64,000 nucleotides of DNA from an uncultured Actinomycetota bacterium (GCA_963724415.1 CAVRUS010000011.1:256561-320560), one strand, 5' to 3'. Positions 1-10,694 are shown, counted from the stretch's first letter. Program-made: numbers and translations. Notes: generated from the sequence alone by a model not told the origin.

Positions 1-674
1 TGGCCGCCACGCTCGACAACGCCGAGGCGTGCCGCTTCGCGAAGGTGCTCGTGCTGATGGCGAAACCGCAGGACTTCGAGGTGCTCCTCCAGCAGATCAC
101 CGACCACGTCACGACCGAGCACCTCGTGGTGTCGTTCGCGGCAGGGATCCGGACCTCCTTCGTGGAACAGCACCTCGCGCCCGACGTGCCGGTCGTGCGC
201 GTGATGTCGAACGTCCCGGTCATGGTGGACGAGGCGATGTCGGTGATCGCGCCGGGTCGCGTCGCCGGGGACGAACATCTCGCGGTGGCGGAGGAGCTCC
301 TCAGTTCCGTCGGGAAGGTGCTCCGCCTGCAGGAGCGCTACCTGGACGCGGTGACCGCGACCAGCGGCTCGGGACCGGCGTACTTCTTCCTGCTGGCCGA
401 GGCGATGATCGAGGCGTGCATCCTGCTGGGCCTGTCGCGCGACGTCGCGAGCCAGCTCATCATCCAGACGATGCTCGGCTCGGCCAAGATGCTCCGCGAT
501 ACCGGCACGCACCCGGTGGAGCTGCGTGAGATGGTGACGTCACCGGGCGGAACGACGATCGAGGCGATCCGCCATCTGGAGGAGGCCGGCGTGCGCGCCG
601 CCTTCCTGAACGCGATCGATGCCGCCCGCAAGCGGAGCGAAGAGCTCGCGCGCGGCGGCGACGAGGATCACTGA
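1..674 (+). CDS. proC: Pyrroline-5-carboxylate reductase ProC, 5'-truncated by the window edge
   Basis: The ORF 45..674 frame continues to the window start. Protein has the ProC C-terminal signature (SGSGPAYFFLLAEAMIEA..., TSPGGTTIEA...). Confidence 0.85.
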   Translation, partial: AATLDNAEACRFAKVLVLMAKPQDFEVLLQQITDHVTTEHLVVSFAAGIRTSFVEQHLAPDVPVVRVMSNVPVMVDEAMSVIAPGRVAGDEHLAVAEELLSSVGKVLRLQERYLDAVTATSGSGPAYFFLLAEAMIEACILLGLSRDVASQLIIQTMLGSAKMLRDTGTHPVELREMVTSPGGTTIEAIRHLEEAGVRAAFLNAIDAARKRSEELARGGDEDH

Positions 675-691
675 GGACGAGGAGCGAGCAC

Positions 692-817
692 ATGGGACGA
701 GGAGATCTGGCCAAGGTGCGCGACGCGCGCGATCGCGGCCGCAAGAAGAAGGAGCGCGAGAAGCGGCAGGCCGCCGAGCGAGCCGCCGCGCGCAAGGCCG
801 CGAAGCGCAAGAAGTAG
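692..817 (+). CDS. Hypothetical 41-aa lysine/arginine-rich micro-ORF downstream of proC
   Basis: ATG 692 to TAG 817, read directly from the sequence; not in the ORF track (under 60 aa). Highly basic (KKKEREKRQAAERAAARKAAKRKK); no recognisable family. Confidence 0.2.
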   Translation: MGRGDLAKVRDARDRGRKKKEREKRQAAERAAARKAAKRKK

Positions 818-832
818 ATCGCTCTGCCTCGG

Positions 833-1642
833 CTACTGCCGTGCGCCGAGCCGGTTCCGGAGCGTCCCGATCCCCTCGGCGGCGAGCTCCACGAGCGCGC
901 CCGGCCACAGCCGACGGTTCGGGTCGTCGTCGCGCGCCGGGAACGGGCCGAGCGCGAATGCGTCCCCTCGCTCGAGCGCCGTCCCTCGGGAGGCGGCCGC
1001 GATCAGACCGAAGAGGCTCCGCGCCGAGCCGTTCAGGTTCCCCTTCGCGAGCTCGTCGCCGTCGACCTTGGCCTGCAGGAACATCGCCTGCGGATCGAGC
1101 TCGTCGACCGTGACCACGCAGGGACCGATCGCGATCGGCACGCCCTCGGACGTGCCGACGGGATCGCCGGAGGCGTCCTTGGCCACCCAGTCGCTCACGA
1201 GCGTGTAGCCGAAGATGCGCTCCGCCACCGCGTCCGTCTCGACGTCCTTCGTCTCGAGCGCGAGCACCGCGGCGACCTTCGGTTCGTAGTCGAGCCAGGC
1301 CGCGCCGGCGGGCCACGCGATGTCCTGCTCCGGGCCGGCGATCAGGCGCTCGAGACCGACGCCGTCGACCTCATGGCTCTCCGGGCCGCCAGGCAGGAGC
1401 AGGGAGCGGGGGAACAGCGGCGGCAGGACGCGGGCCTGCTTCACGACGTGGTCCTTCACGTCGTCGCGGGCGAGGGCGGCGCGGGCGGCATCGAGCACCG
1501 TCCCCCGGCTGCTCTGAACGAACGCCTCGAGGGTGGCGGGGAAGGCCGGGTGCCCGACGGCGTCGGGCAGATCGACCACGCTCCCATCGAGGATCGCCCC
1601 CAGACGCCGGTGCCCCCTCCGGTCGTAGGTCACGAGCCTCAT
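833..1642 (-). CDS. Fumarylacetoacetate hydrolase (FAH) family protein
   Basis: Track ORF 833..1738; start taken at the internal Met (MRLVTYDRRG...). FAH-fold motifs present. Divergent from rocA. Confidence 0.75.
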   Translation of the reverse strand: MRLVTYDRRGHRRLGAILDGSVVDLPDAVGHPAFPATLEAFVQSSRGTVLDAARAALARDDVKDHVVKQARVLPPLFPRSLLLPGGPESHEVDGVGLERLIAGPEQDIAWPAGAAWLDYEPKVAAVLALETKDVETDAVAERIFGYTLVSDWVAKDASGDPVGTSEGVPIAIGPCVVTVDELDPQAMFLQAKVDGDELAKGNLNGSARSLFGLIAAASRGTALERGDAFALGPFPARDDDPNRRLWPGALVELAAEGIGTLRNRLGARQ

Positions 1643-1792
1643 CTCAGGGAGACCGAGCATACGCCCGCCCTCCGACGGAATCTCCGGTTCCACCGTGGAA
1701 ATCGCCCGCGTGAGGGAACACCCTCGCTCCGTGCTCACGGCGGGCGCGCGGCGATACCATCCATGACGCCGCGCCCGAGTTCAGCGTCCACA

Positions 1793-1826
1793 CCAGGCGC
1801 TGAAACCAGGCGCCAACGCAGGCGCC
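1793..1826. promoter_or_regulatory. Three direct repeats of CAGGCGC(C) at 13-bp spacing in the FAH/rocA divergent promoter region
   Basis: Read directly: ccaggcgc (1793), ccaggcgcc (1806), caggcgcc (1819), ending 23 nt before the rocA ATG. Confidence 0.25.
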
Positions 1827-1848
1827 GAGACCACGAAGGAGTCGTCCG

Positions 1849-3414
1849 ATGGCTGAGAAGTTCCGGATCACGTACGCCACCCTGTCCGCCGACAACGAAG
1901 ACCTGCAGCGCAACTACGACGAGGCCGTCGAGCGCGCCCGCGCCGAGCTCGGCAAGGAGTGGCCCTTCGTGGTGAACGGCGAGGAGCGCTGGTCGGACGA
2001 GAAGTACGAGGAGCCCTCGCCGATCGACAAGGATCTGATCATCGGCCGGTTCTCCCAGGCGTCGGCGAAGGACGCGGACGACGCGGTGAAGGCGGCCAAG
2101 GCGTTCGCGCTCGAATGGGAGCGGATGGGGTGGAAGGAGCGCGTGCGGATCCTCCGCAACGTGGCCGACGTGATGGAGGACCGGCTGTTCGATCTCGCCG
2201 CGCTGATGGGGTTCGAGGTGGGCAAGAGCCGGCTCGAGGCCCTCGGCGACGTCCAGGAGACCGCGGAGCTGATCCGTTGGAACTGCGACGAGGTGGAGAA
2301 GCACGACGGGTTCCGGACGCCGATGTCGGGCCTCGGCTCGCCGGGTGACTTCTACGACGTGATGCGCCCGTACGGCGTGTGGGCGGTGATCAGCCCCTTC
2401 AACTTCCCCTTCGCGCTGGCAGGCGGTCCGTCATCCGGCGCACTGGTGGCCGGGAACGCGGTCGTCCTCAAGCCCTCGAACCAGGGCGCGCTGATGGGCT
2501 ACAAGCTCTACGAGTGCTATCGGGACGGCGGTGTGCCGCCCGGCGCGTTCCACCTGATGCTGGGACGCGGCGTGGAGGTCGGCGAGGCGATCTGGCGCCA
2601 CGCCGACGTCAACGGGATCACGTTCACGGGCTCGTACGCGGTGGGGATGGACATCTACAAGAACTTCGTGCAGGACGTCCCCAAGCCGGTGATCGCCGAG
2701 ATGGGCGGGAAGAACCCGGCGATCGTGGCGAAGAGCGCCGACCTCGACATCGCGACGGACGGCGTGCTGCGCTCCGCGTTCGGCTTCGGTGGGCAGAAGT
2801 GCTCGGCGAACTCGCGCGTCTACGTCGAGCGCGAGATCTACGACGGCTTCGTCCAGCTGCTGAAGGAGAAGACGGAGAAGCTGAAGGTCGGCAACCCGAT
2901 CGAGCGCGACGTGTTCATGGGTCCGGTCGTCAATGAGGAGGCCCTCGCCACGTTCGAGCAGGCGGCCGGTGAGGCCAAGAAGAACGGCACCGTGATCACC
3001 GGCGGCGATCGCCTGACCGACGGGGACCTCGAGCGAGGGCTCTTCGTGCAACCCACGATCGTGGAGGCCCCGGAGGACAGCTGGCTCTGGAAGAAGGAGC
3101 TCTTCGTGCCGTTCGTGACGGTGGCCCCGTACGACGAGCTGGACGACGCGATCGAGAAGGCCAACGACACCGAGTACGGCCTCACGGCCGGGTTCTTCAG
3201 CACGGACCGCACGGAGATCGAGGACTGGCTCGACAAGATCCAGGCCGGCGTCGTGTACGTGAACCGGCGGGCGGGGGCCACGACCGGGGCCTGGCCGGGC
3301 GTCCAGCCGTTCGGCGGCTGGAAGGGCTCGGGCACGACGGGCAAGGCCGGTGGCGGCCCTTACTACGTGATGCAGTACCTGCGGGAGCAGTCCCGGACGG
3401 TGATCGAGGAGTGA
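1849..3414 (+). CDS. rocA: L-glutamate gamma-semialdehyde (1-pyrroline-5-carboxylate) dehydrogenase, RocA/PruA type
   Basis: 521-aa aldehyde dehydrogenase superfamily protein with the RocA-like N-terminus (FRITYATLSADNEDL...). First gene of a coupled operon. Confidence 0.85.
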   Translation: MAEKFRITYATLSADNEDLQRNYDEAVERARAELGKEWPFVVNGEERWSDEKYEEPSPIDKDLIIGRFSQASAKDADDAVKAAKAFALEWERMGWKERVRILRNVADVMEDRLFDLAALMGFEVGKSRLEALGDVQETAELIRWNCDEVEKHDGFRTPMSGLGSPGDFYDVMRPYGVWAVISPFNFPFALAGGPSSGALVAGNAVVLKPSNQGALMGYKLYECYRDGGVPPGAFHLMLGRGVEVGEAIWRHADVNGITFTGSYAVGMDIYKNFVQDVPKPVIAEMGGKNPAIVAKSADLDIATDGVLRSAFGFGGQKCSANSRVYVEREIYDGFVQLLKEKTEKLKVGNPIERDVFMGPVVNEEALATFEQAAGEAKKNGTVITGGDRLTDGDLERGLFVQPTIVEAPEDSWLWKKELFVPFVTVAPYDELDDAIEKANDTEYGLTAGFFSTDRTEIEDWLDKIQAGVVYVNRRAGATTGAWPGVQPFGGWKGSGTTGKAGGGPYYVMQYLREQSRTVIEE

Positions 3415-4742
3415 GCCCAGAGGACCTCGCTGGGGCCGAGGCCCCCAAGCTGGTCACGGAGCTGCCGGGGCCGAAGGCCCGGGAGGTGCTCGAACGGGAC
3501 GGGCGGACGACGTCGCCCTCGCTTCCCCGGGCCTATGAGTTCGTCCCGGCGCGTGGGGCGGGATCGGTGATCGAGGACGTGGACGGCAACGTCTTCCTCG
3601 ACGTGAACGCGGGCATCGCGGTCACCTCGACGGGGCACTGCCACCCCACGGTGGTGGAGGCGATCCAGCGACAGGCGGCGGAGCTGATCCACTACTCCGC
3701 CTCCGACTTCTACCTGCCGATCTACTCCGAGGTCGCGGAGCGCCTCGCGGAGGTGGCCCCGATGGCCGGCGGCGTCCGGTCCTTCCTCACGAACTCGGGA
3801 ACCGAGGCGGTGGAGGCGGGGATCAAGCTGGCGCGGTGGTCCACGGGCCGCCAGTACGTGATCGCGTTCTACGGCTCGTTCCACGGACGCTCCTACGGCA
3901 GCGTGTCGCTCACGGCCTCGAAAGCGAAGTACCGCGCCGGATTCGGTCCGCTCCTGCCCGGCGTGCTGCACGCCTACTACGGCGACGGCCGCGACATGGA
4001 GGTGCCGCCGCGGGGCGACGAGGAGGGGTTCCCGACGATCGACCACATCGAGGGCTTCCTGATGCAGAGGATCGTCGCGCCCGAGGAGGTGGCGGCGATC
4101 ATCGTCGAGCCGGTCCTCGGGGAGGGTGGCTACATCGTGCCGCCGGACGGCTGGCTCGCCGCCCTGCGCGACCTGTGCGACCGCCACGGGATCCTGCTGA
4201 TCGCCGACGAGGTGCAGTCGGGGATGGGACGCACCGGCAAGATGTGGGCGATCGAGCATGCCGCAGTGGAGCCCGACATCCTGCTCTCCGGGAAGGGGAT
4301 CGCCAGCGGGATGCCCCTGGGGGCGATGATCGCGAAGGACTCCGTGATGACGTGGACGGCCGGCACCCACGGATCCACCTACGGGGGGAACCCGCTCGCC
4401 TGCGCCGCGGCGATCGCCACGCTCGACGTGATCCGGGACGAGGAGCTGCTCGAGAACGCGGCCAAGGTCGGCGATCTGTTGCGGAACGGCCTGCGCGACA
4501 TCCAGAGCCGACACGACGCGATCCGGGAGGTCCGAGGGCTCGGCCTGATGATCGGGATCGAGCTGCCGGACCACGAGACGGCGGCGGCGGTCGAGCGCGC
4601 CGCGTTCGAGCGGGGCCTGCTGATGCTCGGATGCGGCGAGTCGGCGATCCGGATGTCGCCTGCCCTCACGTTCCGCGAGGACCAGGCGCGCGTCGCCCTC
4701 GAGCACTTCGAAGAGGTCGTCGCCGAGACCGTCGCGCGATGA
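3411..4742 (+). CDS. Class-III PLP aminotransferase (4-aminobutyrate / ornithine aminotransferase-like)
   Basis: 443 aa. ATGA overlap with rocA stop. Class-III fold-type I motifs (GHCHP..., ADEVQSGMGRTGKMWA). Confidence 0.85.
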   Translation: MSPEDLAGAEAPKLVTELPGPKAREVLERDGRTTSPSLPRAYEFVPARGAGSVIEDVDGNVFLDVNAGIAVTSTGHCHPTVVEAIQRQAAELIHYSASDFYLPIYSEVAERLAEVAPMAGGVRSFLTNSGTEAVEAGIKLARWSTGRQYVIAFYGSFHGRSYGSVSLTASKAKYRAGFGPLLPGVLHAYYGDGRDMEVPPRGDEEGFPTIDHIEGFLMQRIVAPEEVAAIIVEPVLGEGGYIVPPDGWLAALRDLCDRHGILLIADEVQSGMGRTGKMWAIEHAAVEPDILLSGKGIASGMPLGAMIAKDSVMTWTAGTHGSTYGGNPLACAAAIATLDVIRDEELLENAAKVGDLLRNGLRDIQSRHDAIREVRGLGLMIGIELPDHETAAAVERAAFERGLLMLGCGESAIRMSPALTFREDQARVALEHFEEVVAETVAR

Positions 4743-5128
4743 CCGTCCGCCTCGAATCGATCACGTTCGACTGTGCAGATGTGATGCGCGTCGCGAGATT
4801 CTGGGCCGATGCGCTCGGATGGCAGCTCCACCCGGAGTCCGAGCCCGATGGCGCGCGTGTCGTCCGCGATCCGTCCGGGCCTTCCGACAGCCTCTACTTC
4901 CAACCCGTGCCCGAATCGAAGGTCGTGAAGAACCGAGTGCATCTCGACCTACGCGCCACCGGGTCGATGGCGGCCGAGGTCGAACGCCTGGAAGGCATCG
5001 GCGCCACGGTCGTCAGGCGGGTCGACGAGGAGGGCAGCTTCTGGACCGTGATGCAGGACCCCGAAGGCAACGAGCTGTGCGTTCTCCGCGGGCCCGAGGA
5101 CGGATGGCCCGGCTACGCGGAAGCGTGA
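4739..5128 (+). CDS. VOC / glyoxalase-like domain protein
   Basis: 129-aa in-frame ATG (by index arithmetic on track ORF 3836..5128) overlapping the upstream stop (ATGA). Small VOC-like sequence. Confidence 0.65.
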   Translation: MTVRLESITFDCADVMRVARFWADALGWQLHPESEPDGARVVRDPSGPSDSLYFQPVPESKVVKNRVHLDLRATGSMAAEVERLEGIGATVVRRVDEEGSFWTVMQDPEGNELCVLRGPEDGWPGYAEA

Positions 5129-5135
5129 GCGCGGG

Positions 5136-6056
5136 ATGACCGAGAAGGTCGCCACGATGCAGGAGGCCGTCGCGGACCTCGTCCACGACGGCGACACGGT
5201 CGCGATCGAGGGGTTCACGCACCTGATCTGCTTCGCGGCGGGCCACGAGATCATCCGCCAGCGCAAGCGCGACCTCACCCTCGCCCGGATGACGCCGGAT
5301 GTCGTCTACGACCAGATGATCGGCGCCGGCGTCGCGAAGAAGCTGATCTTCTCCTGGCTCGGGAACCCGGGCGTCGGCTCGCTCCACGCCGTGCGGCGCC
5401 GGATCGAGGATGGCGACCCCGCGCCCCTCGAGATCGAGGAGTACTCGCACTTCGGCATGGTGTGCCGGTACGTAGCGGGGGCCTCGAACCTCCCGTTCTT
5501 CCCGATCCGCAGCTACTACGAGTCCGACATCCCGGAGGTGAACCCCAAGATCGTCCCGATGACCTCGCCGTACGAGGACGGCTCGGAGGTCTACGTCGTG
5601 CCTCCGCTCAGGCCCGACGTCACGATCGTGCACGCGCAGCGCGCCGACCGGGACGGCAACGCCCAGATCTGGGGGCTGCTCGGGTGCCAGAAGGAGGCGG
5701 CGTTCGCAGCGGATCGGGTGATCGTGGTCGTCGAGGAGCTCGTGGACGGCGACACGATCCGCCGCGACCCCAACCGGACCGTGATCCCGGGGATCATCGT
5801 GGACGCCGTGGTGGAGGAGCCATTCGCCTGTCACCCGTCCTTCGCGCAGGGCTACTACGACCGCGACAACGCGTTCTACCTCGCGTGGGATGCGATCGCC
5901 CGCGACCCCGCGACGCTGGAGGCGTGGCTGGAGGAGTGGGTGTACGGGCTCGAGACCCACGCGGACTACGTCGAGAAGTGGGGCGCGGCGCACTGGGCGT
6001 CGCTGAAGCCCGGCCCCGCGCTGTCCGGCGAGGTCGACTACGGGAGCTACGCGTGA
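5136..6056 (+). CDS. CoA-transferase subunit A (glutaconate / 3-oxoacid CoA-transferase family)
   Basis: 306 aa with the CoA-transferase family I alpha-subunit pattern. Confidence 0.8.
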   Translation: MTEKVATMQEAVADLVHDGDTVAIEGFTHLICFAAGHEIIRQRKRDLTLARMTPDVVYDQMIGAGVAKKLIFSWLGNPGVGSLHAVRRRIEDGDPAPLEIEEYSHFGMVCRYVAGASNLPFFPIRSYYESDIPEVNPKIVPMTSPYEDGSEVYVVPPLRPDVTIVHAQRADRDGNAQIWGLLGCQKEAAFAADRVIVVVEELVDGDTIRRDPNRTVIPGIIVDAVVEEPFACHPSFAQGYYDRDNAFYLAWDAIARDPATLEAWLEEWVYGLETHADYVEKWGAAHWASLKPGPALSGEVDYGSYA

Positions 6057-6826
6057 GCGACTCTCCTGCGTACAGCAAGAACGAGCTGATGATCGCCGCG
6101 AGCGCTCGGCTGCTCGCCGGCGTCGAGAACTGCTTCGTCGGCGTGGGACTGCCGAACATCGTGTGCAACCTCGCGCAGCGCACGGTCGCTCCGGAGCTCC
6201 AGCTCGTCTACGAGTCCGGCGTGTTCGGCGCCCGCCCGCGCCGCCTGCCGCTGTCGATCGGCGACCCGACCCTCGCCACGGGATCCACGGCGGTGACGTC
6301 GATGTTCGAGCTCTTCGCGTTCTACCTCCAGGCCGGTCTGATCGACGTCGCGTTCCTCGGCGGCGCGCAGATCGACCGGTTCGGCAACCTCAACACGACG
6401 GTGATCGGCGACTACGACCAGCCGAAGGTGCGCCTGCCCGGGTCCGGCGGCGCCTGCGAGATCGCGATCCACGCCCGGAAGATCCTCGTGATCATGCGCC
6501 AAGCGGAGCGGTCGTTCGTGGAGAAGCTCCACTTCAGGACGTCACCGGGTCACAGCGGCGATCCGGCGCACGACCGCGCGCGCGGGTGGTCGGGGAGCGG
6601 TCCCACGAACGTCGTGACCGACCTCGCGACGTACGCATTCGACGAGGAGACGGGCGAGATGACCCTGCGCACGATGCACCCGGGCGTGCGTCTCGAGGAC
6701 GTCCGCGCGAACATGGCGTGGGAGCCTCGCGTGGCGCCGGATCTCGCCGAGACGCCGCTGCCCAGCCCCGAAGAGCTCCGGCTCCTTCGGGAGGAGCTCG
6801 ATCCCGGCCGCATCTACACGAAGTAG
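6053..6826 (+). CDS. CoA-transferase subunit B
   Basis: GTG 6053 overlaps the subunit A stop. Beta-subunit pattern with GSGGACEIA. Confidence 0.8.
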   Translation: MSDSPAYSKNELMIAASARLLAGVENCFVGVGLPNIVCNLAQRTVAPELQLVYESGVFGARPRRLPLSIGDPTLATGSTAVTSMFELFAFYLQAGLIDVAFLGGAQIDRFGNLNTTVIGDYDQPKVRLPGSGGACEIAIHARKILVIMRQAERSFVEKLHFRTSPGHSGDPAHDRARGWSGSGPTNVVTDLATYAFDEETGEMTLRTMHPGVRLEDVRANMAWEPRVAPDLAETPLPSPEELRLLREELDPGRIYTK

Positions 6827-6835
6827 CCTGAGCTC

Positions 6836-8143
6836 GTGAGCCACGTGTTCTCGCGGGCGACCCGGGACCTGCCCACGGCCGTGTCCGCGGAGGGCGCCTG
6901 GATCACCGACGCCGATGGCACGCGCTACCTGGACGGTTCCGGCGGCGCGATCGTGGTCAACGTGGGCCACGGCGTGGCCTCGGTGATCGCGGCGATCGGC
7001 GAGCAGCTCGAGCGCACGCAGTACGTGCATCCGACGGCATTCACCACGCGAGCGGTCGAGGCGTACGCGGAGGAGGTCGCGGCGATCCTGCCGATGGACG
7101 ACGCCCGGATCTTCCCCGTTTCAGGAGGATCCGAGGCCGTGGAGACCGCGCTCAAGATGGCGCGCGCCTATCACCTCGCCAAAGGGCAGGCCGGGCGATC
7201 GATCGTGATCGCGCGACGGAGCTCCTACCACGGGAACACGATCGGCGCGCTCGACGCCTCCGGCAAGGCGCCGCTCCGCAAGCCGTACACGCCCTGGCTC
7301 GGCCGTTGCCTGCACGTCTCGGCCGCCTACGAGTTCCGATGCGAGAACCCGCAGCATCCCCACGGCTGCGGCGCCTGGCAGGCGGCCGAGCTCGAGAAGA
7401 TGATCACCTCGTACGGCGAGGACACGATCGCGGCGTTCATCGCCGAGCCGATCGCGGGCGCCACGCTCGGCGCGGCGGTGCCCGCCGACGACTACTGGCC
7501 GGCGATCGCCGAGGTGTGTGAACGCCACGACGTCGTGCTGATCGCCGACGAGGTGATGACCGGGTTCGGCCGCACGGGCAGATGGTTCGGCATGGACCAC
7601 TGGGACATCCGCCCGGACATCCTCACGGCCGGGAAGGGGACCACCGGTGGGTACGTGCCGTTCGGGTTCGCCGCGGCCTCGGGGCGCGTCCACGAGACGA
7701 TCGCGGCGGGTCCGGGCTTCGTCCACGGCTTCACCTGGTCCCACAACGCGCTCGGCGCCGCCGCCGGTCTCGCCGTCCTCGGCGAGCTGAAAGCGGGGCT
7801 GGTGGACCGGAGCCGGGAGCTCGGCGCGCGCCTCCTCGACGGCCTGCGGGACGCGCTCTCGGACGCGCCGACGGTGGGCGACGTGCGCGGCCTCGGGCTG
7901 ATGATCGGGATCGAGCTCGTGCGGGACCGCGAGACGAACGAGCCGTTCGCGCGCTCCGCGACCGTCGCCGAACGCATCCTGCAGGCCGCCCGTGAGTCCG
8001 GCGTCCTCCTCTATTCCTCGACCGGGCACGTCGACGGGACGAGCGGGGACCTCGTGATGCTCGGGCCGCCGTTCTCGATCTCGGACGACGACGCGACCCT
8101 GCTCCTCGAACGGACGACCGCCGCGGTCCGAAGCGTCTCGTGA
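6836..8143 (+). CDS. Class-III PLP aminotransferase (omega-transaminase-like)
   Basis: 435 aa; GTG start; ADEVMTGFGRTGRWFG and a PLP-lysine context. Confidence 0.85.
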   Translation: MSHVFSRATRDLPTAVSAEGAWITDADGTRYLDGSGGAIVVNVGHGVASVIAAIGEQLERTQYVHPTAFTTRAVEAYAEEVAAILPMDDARIFPVSGGSEAVETALKMARAYHLAKGQAGRSIVIARRSSYHGNTIGALDASGKAPLRKPYTPWLGRCLHVSAAYEFRCENPQHPHGCGAWQAAELEKMITSYGEDTIAAFIAEPIAGATLGAAVPADDYWPAIAEVCERHDVVLIADEVMTGFGRTGRWFGMDHWDIRPDILTAGKGTTGGYVPFGFAAASGRVHETIAAGPGFVHGFTWSHNALGAAAGLAVLGELKAGLVDRSRELGARLLDGLRDALSDAPTVGDVRGLGLMIGIELVRDRETNEPFARSATVAERILQAARESGVLLYSSTGHVDGTSGDLVMLGPPFSISDDDATLLLERTTAAVRSVS

Positions 8144-9282
8144 GCGGAGACGTCGCGCTGATCCGCTGTCCCGAGGTGCAGATCTACGACCACGGCCCCG
8201 GTCACCCGCTCCGGCCGGACCGGGTGCTCCTGGCCTGGGACCTGATCGGCGCGACCGGTCTGGACCGGCGGGACGGCGTCGAGGTACGCGGGTGTGCACC
8301 GGCCTCCGAAGAGGACCTCCGGCTCGTCCACACCCAGGACTTCCTCGATGCCACGAAGGCCGCCGGGAGCGGCGTGGAGGGCAACTGGTCCCGGTTCGGG
8401 TACGGCCCCGGCGACAACCCGATCTTCGACCGGATGCACGAGGCCGGCGCGTTCATCGCGGGCGCCTCCGTGGAGGCCGCCCGCGCCGTCTGGAGCGGCG
8501 AGCGGATCCACGCGTTCAACGCCGCAGGTGGCCTCCACCACGCGATGCCCGCCCGGGCCAGCGGCTTCTGCGTCTACGACGACCCGGCGGTCGCGATCGC
8601 CTGGCTGCTCCGGGAAGGCGCCGAGCGGATCGCCTACGTCGACGTCGACGTCCACCACGGCGACGGCGTCCAGGCGATCTTCTGGGACGACCCACGGGTG
8701 CTCACGATCTCGATCCACGAGTACCTCCCCGGGCTGTTCTTCCCCGGCACCGGCGCGGCGTCCGAGCGAGGCGGTCCCGGCGCCGAGGGGTCAGCGATCA
8801 ACGTGCCGCTTCCGCCGGAGACGGGGGACGAGGCATGGCTCGAGGCCTTCCGCGCGGTCGTGCCGGACGCCGTGGAGCGGTTCGAACCGGACGTCCTCGT
8901 GACCCAGCTCGGATGCGACACGCACGCGACCGATCCGCTCGCGCAGCTCCGGCTCACCACCCGCTCCTACCGCGAGTGCGCGCAGGAGCTGCACGCCCTC
9001 GCGCACCGAGCCGCCGGCGGTCGCTGGGTCGCGACCGGCGGCGGCGGCTATCAATGGGCGCGCGTCGTGCCCCGCGCGTGGACCCTCGCGTTCGCGGAGA
9101 TGTCCGGCGGGCTCGCGGACCTCCCCGATCAGCTCCCCGAGGCGTTCATCGAGGAGGCGGAGCGGCGCGCGGGCGGCGAGGTCCCCACCACGTTCTCCGA
9201 GCCCGAGCTCGGCCCGGGGAGCGGTGACGACGAAGCCCGTGCGGTCGTCGACGAGGTCCGGCGACTGATGATCCAGCCATGA
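8140..9282 (+). CDS. Histone deacetylase-family protein (AcuC / acetylpolyamine amidohydrolase-like)
   Basis: 380 aa; HDAC catalytic motifs ([19 protein letters not shown]). 4-nt overlap with the upstream gene. Confidence 0.8.
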   Translation: MSGDVALIRCPEVQIYDHGPGHPLRPDRVLLAWDLIGATGLDRRDGVEVRGCAPASEEDLRLVHTQDFLDATKAAGSGVEGNWSRFGYGPGDNPIFDRMHEAGAFIAGASVEAARAVWSGERIHAFNAAGGLHHAMPARASGFCVYDDPAVAIAWLLREGAERIAYVDVDVHHGDGVQAIFWDDPRVLTISIHEYLPGLFFPGTGAASERGGPGAEGSAINVPLPPETGDEAWLEAFRAVVPDAVERFEPDVLVTQLGCDTHATDPLAQLRLTTRSYRECAQELHALAHRAAGGRWVATGGGGYQWARVVPRAWTLAFAEMSGGLADLPDQLPEAFIEEAERRAGGEVPTTFSEPELGPGSGDDEARAVVDEVRRLMIQP

Positions 9283-10694
9283 ACGCTCGCACGAAGGTCG
9301 TCTGCACGCTCGGCCCCGCGAGCGCCACCCCGAAGATGGTGCGCGGACTCGTGGAGGCCGGCGCCTCGGTCTTCCGGATCAACTGCTCGCACGGCACGGT
9401 GGACGAGCACGCCCGCGCCGTCGGGATCGTGCGCGAGGTGGAGGGGGTGACGGGGCGCTCGCTCGCCGTCCTCGCCGATCTCCCCGGGCCGAAAGTGCGA
9501 CTGGCCGACGTGCACCCCGATCCGTTCCCGTTCCGGCCGGGTCAGCGGTTCGAGATCCGGCCCGGCGGGCCGGGCGATGCGTCCGGCGCGGCCACCACCT
9601 ACGCGGGGCTCGCGAACGACCTCCGGGTCGGGGACCGGGTGCTCCTCGCCGACGGCGCCGTGGAGCTCACGGTCGTGGGGATCGAGGGCGATCGCGTGCA
9701 GACCGAATGCGCCCGGGCGGGTTCGGTCGGCAGTCGCCAGGGGGTGAACGTGCCGGCGGATCGGCTCAGCCTGCCGCCCGTGACGGACCGCGATCGGGAG
9801 ATGCTCCGGCACGTCCTCGACCTCGGCGTCGACCTCGTGGCCCAGTCCTTCGTCCGGGATCCCTCCGACATCGAGGAGCTGCGCGCGGCGATGGAAGGCC
9901 GGCCCGTGCCGATCGTGGCGAAGATCGAGACGCGTCCGGCGGTGGAGAACTTCGAGCGGATCCTCGACGTCGCCGACGCCGCGATGGTGGCCCGTGGCGA
10001 CCTCGGCGTGGAGCTGCCGATGGAGGAGATCCCGCTCGTGCAGAAGCGGCTGCTCCGGGCGGCGAGGGTGGCCGGACGTCCGGTGATCGTGGCCACCCAG
10101 ATGCTCGAGTCGATGATCCGGTCGCCCCGCCCGACCCGGGCGGAAGCCAACGACGTGGCCATCGCGGTCCTCGACGGCGCCGACGCCATCATGCTCTCGG
10201 GAGAGACCGCGATCGGTGAGTTCCCGTTCGAGGCGGTCTCGGTCGCCACGCGGATCGCCCGCGCCGTCGAGTCCCAGGGCGCCGAGTACCGGGCCGCGCA
10301 GCCGCCGTGCCTGCACACCGGCGAGGCGGCGGCGGTGGCTCACGCGGCCGCGTCGATCGTGGAGGGCGACTCGGACGCCGTGGCGATCACGTGCTTCACG
10401 ACGACCGGCCGGACCGCGGCGCTCCTGTCGGCGGAGCGCCCGCGGGTGCCGATCCACGCGTTCATCCCGGACGCGGGCGTCCGCCGGGCCAACGGGTTGC
10501 TCTGGGGTGTCGAGACGCACGGTGCCGATCGACCGCAGGACACCGATCAGATGATCTCGATGATGGACGAGGGGCTCCGCGCGGACGGACTGGCCTCTGC
10601 GGGAGACACCGTGGTGATGGCGGCCTCGATGCCCGCCGGCCGCACCACGACGAACATGCTCAAGATCCATCAGGTCGGTTCGATCGAGGCCTAG
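9279..10694 (+). CDS. pyk: Pyruvate kinase
   Basis: 471 aa; canonical pyruvate kinase N-terminus ([10 protein letters not shown]...FRINCSHG). ATGA overlap with the deacetylase gene. Confidence 0.9.
   Translation: MNARTKVVCTLGPASATPKMVRGLVEAGASVFRINCSHGTVDEHARAVGIVREVEGVTGRSLAVLADLPGPKVRLADVHPDPFPFRPGQRFEIRPGGPGDASGAATTYAGLANDLRVGDRVLLADGAVELTVVGIEGDRVQTECARAGSVGSRQGVNVPADRLSLPPVTDRDREMLRHVLDLGVDLVAQSFVRDPSDIEELRAAMEGRPVPIVAKIETRPAVENFERILDVADAAMVARGDLGVELPMEEIPLVQKRLLRAARVAGRPVIVATQMLESMIRSPRPTRAEANDVAIAVLDGADAIMLSGETAIGEFPFEAVSVATRIARAVESQGAEYRAAQPPCLHTGEAAAVAHAAASIVEGDSDAVAITCFTTTGRTAALLSAERPRVPIHAFIPDAGVRRANGLLWGVETHGADRPQDTDQMISMMDEGLRADGLASAGDTVVMAASMPAGRTTTNMLKIHQVGSIEA

Noticed and set aside
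540-1316. Many long alternate-frame or antisense ORFs in the track (for example 540..1316-, 3363..4706-, 3836..5128+, 18543..20267-, 52317..53594-, 61430..63928-)
   Set aside because: They overlap well-supported genes on the other strand or frame and have Arg/Pro/Gly-rich low-complexity translations typical of spurious ORFs in 70% GC DNA.
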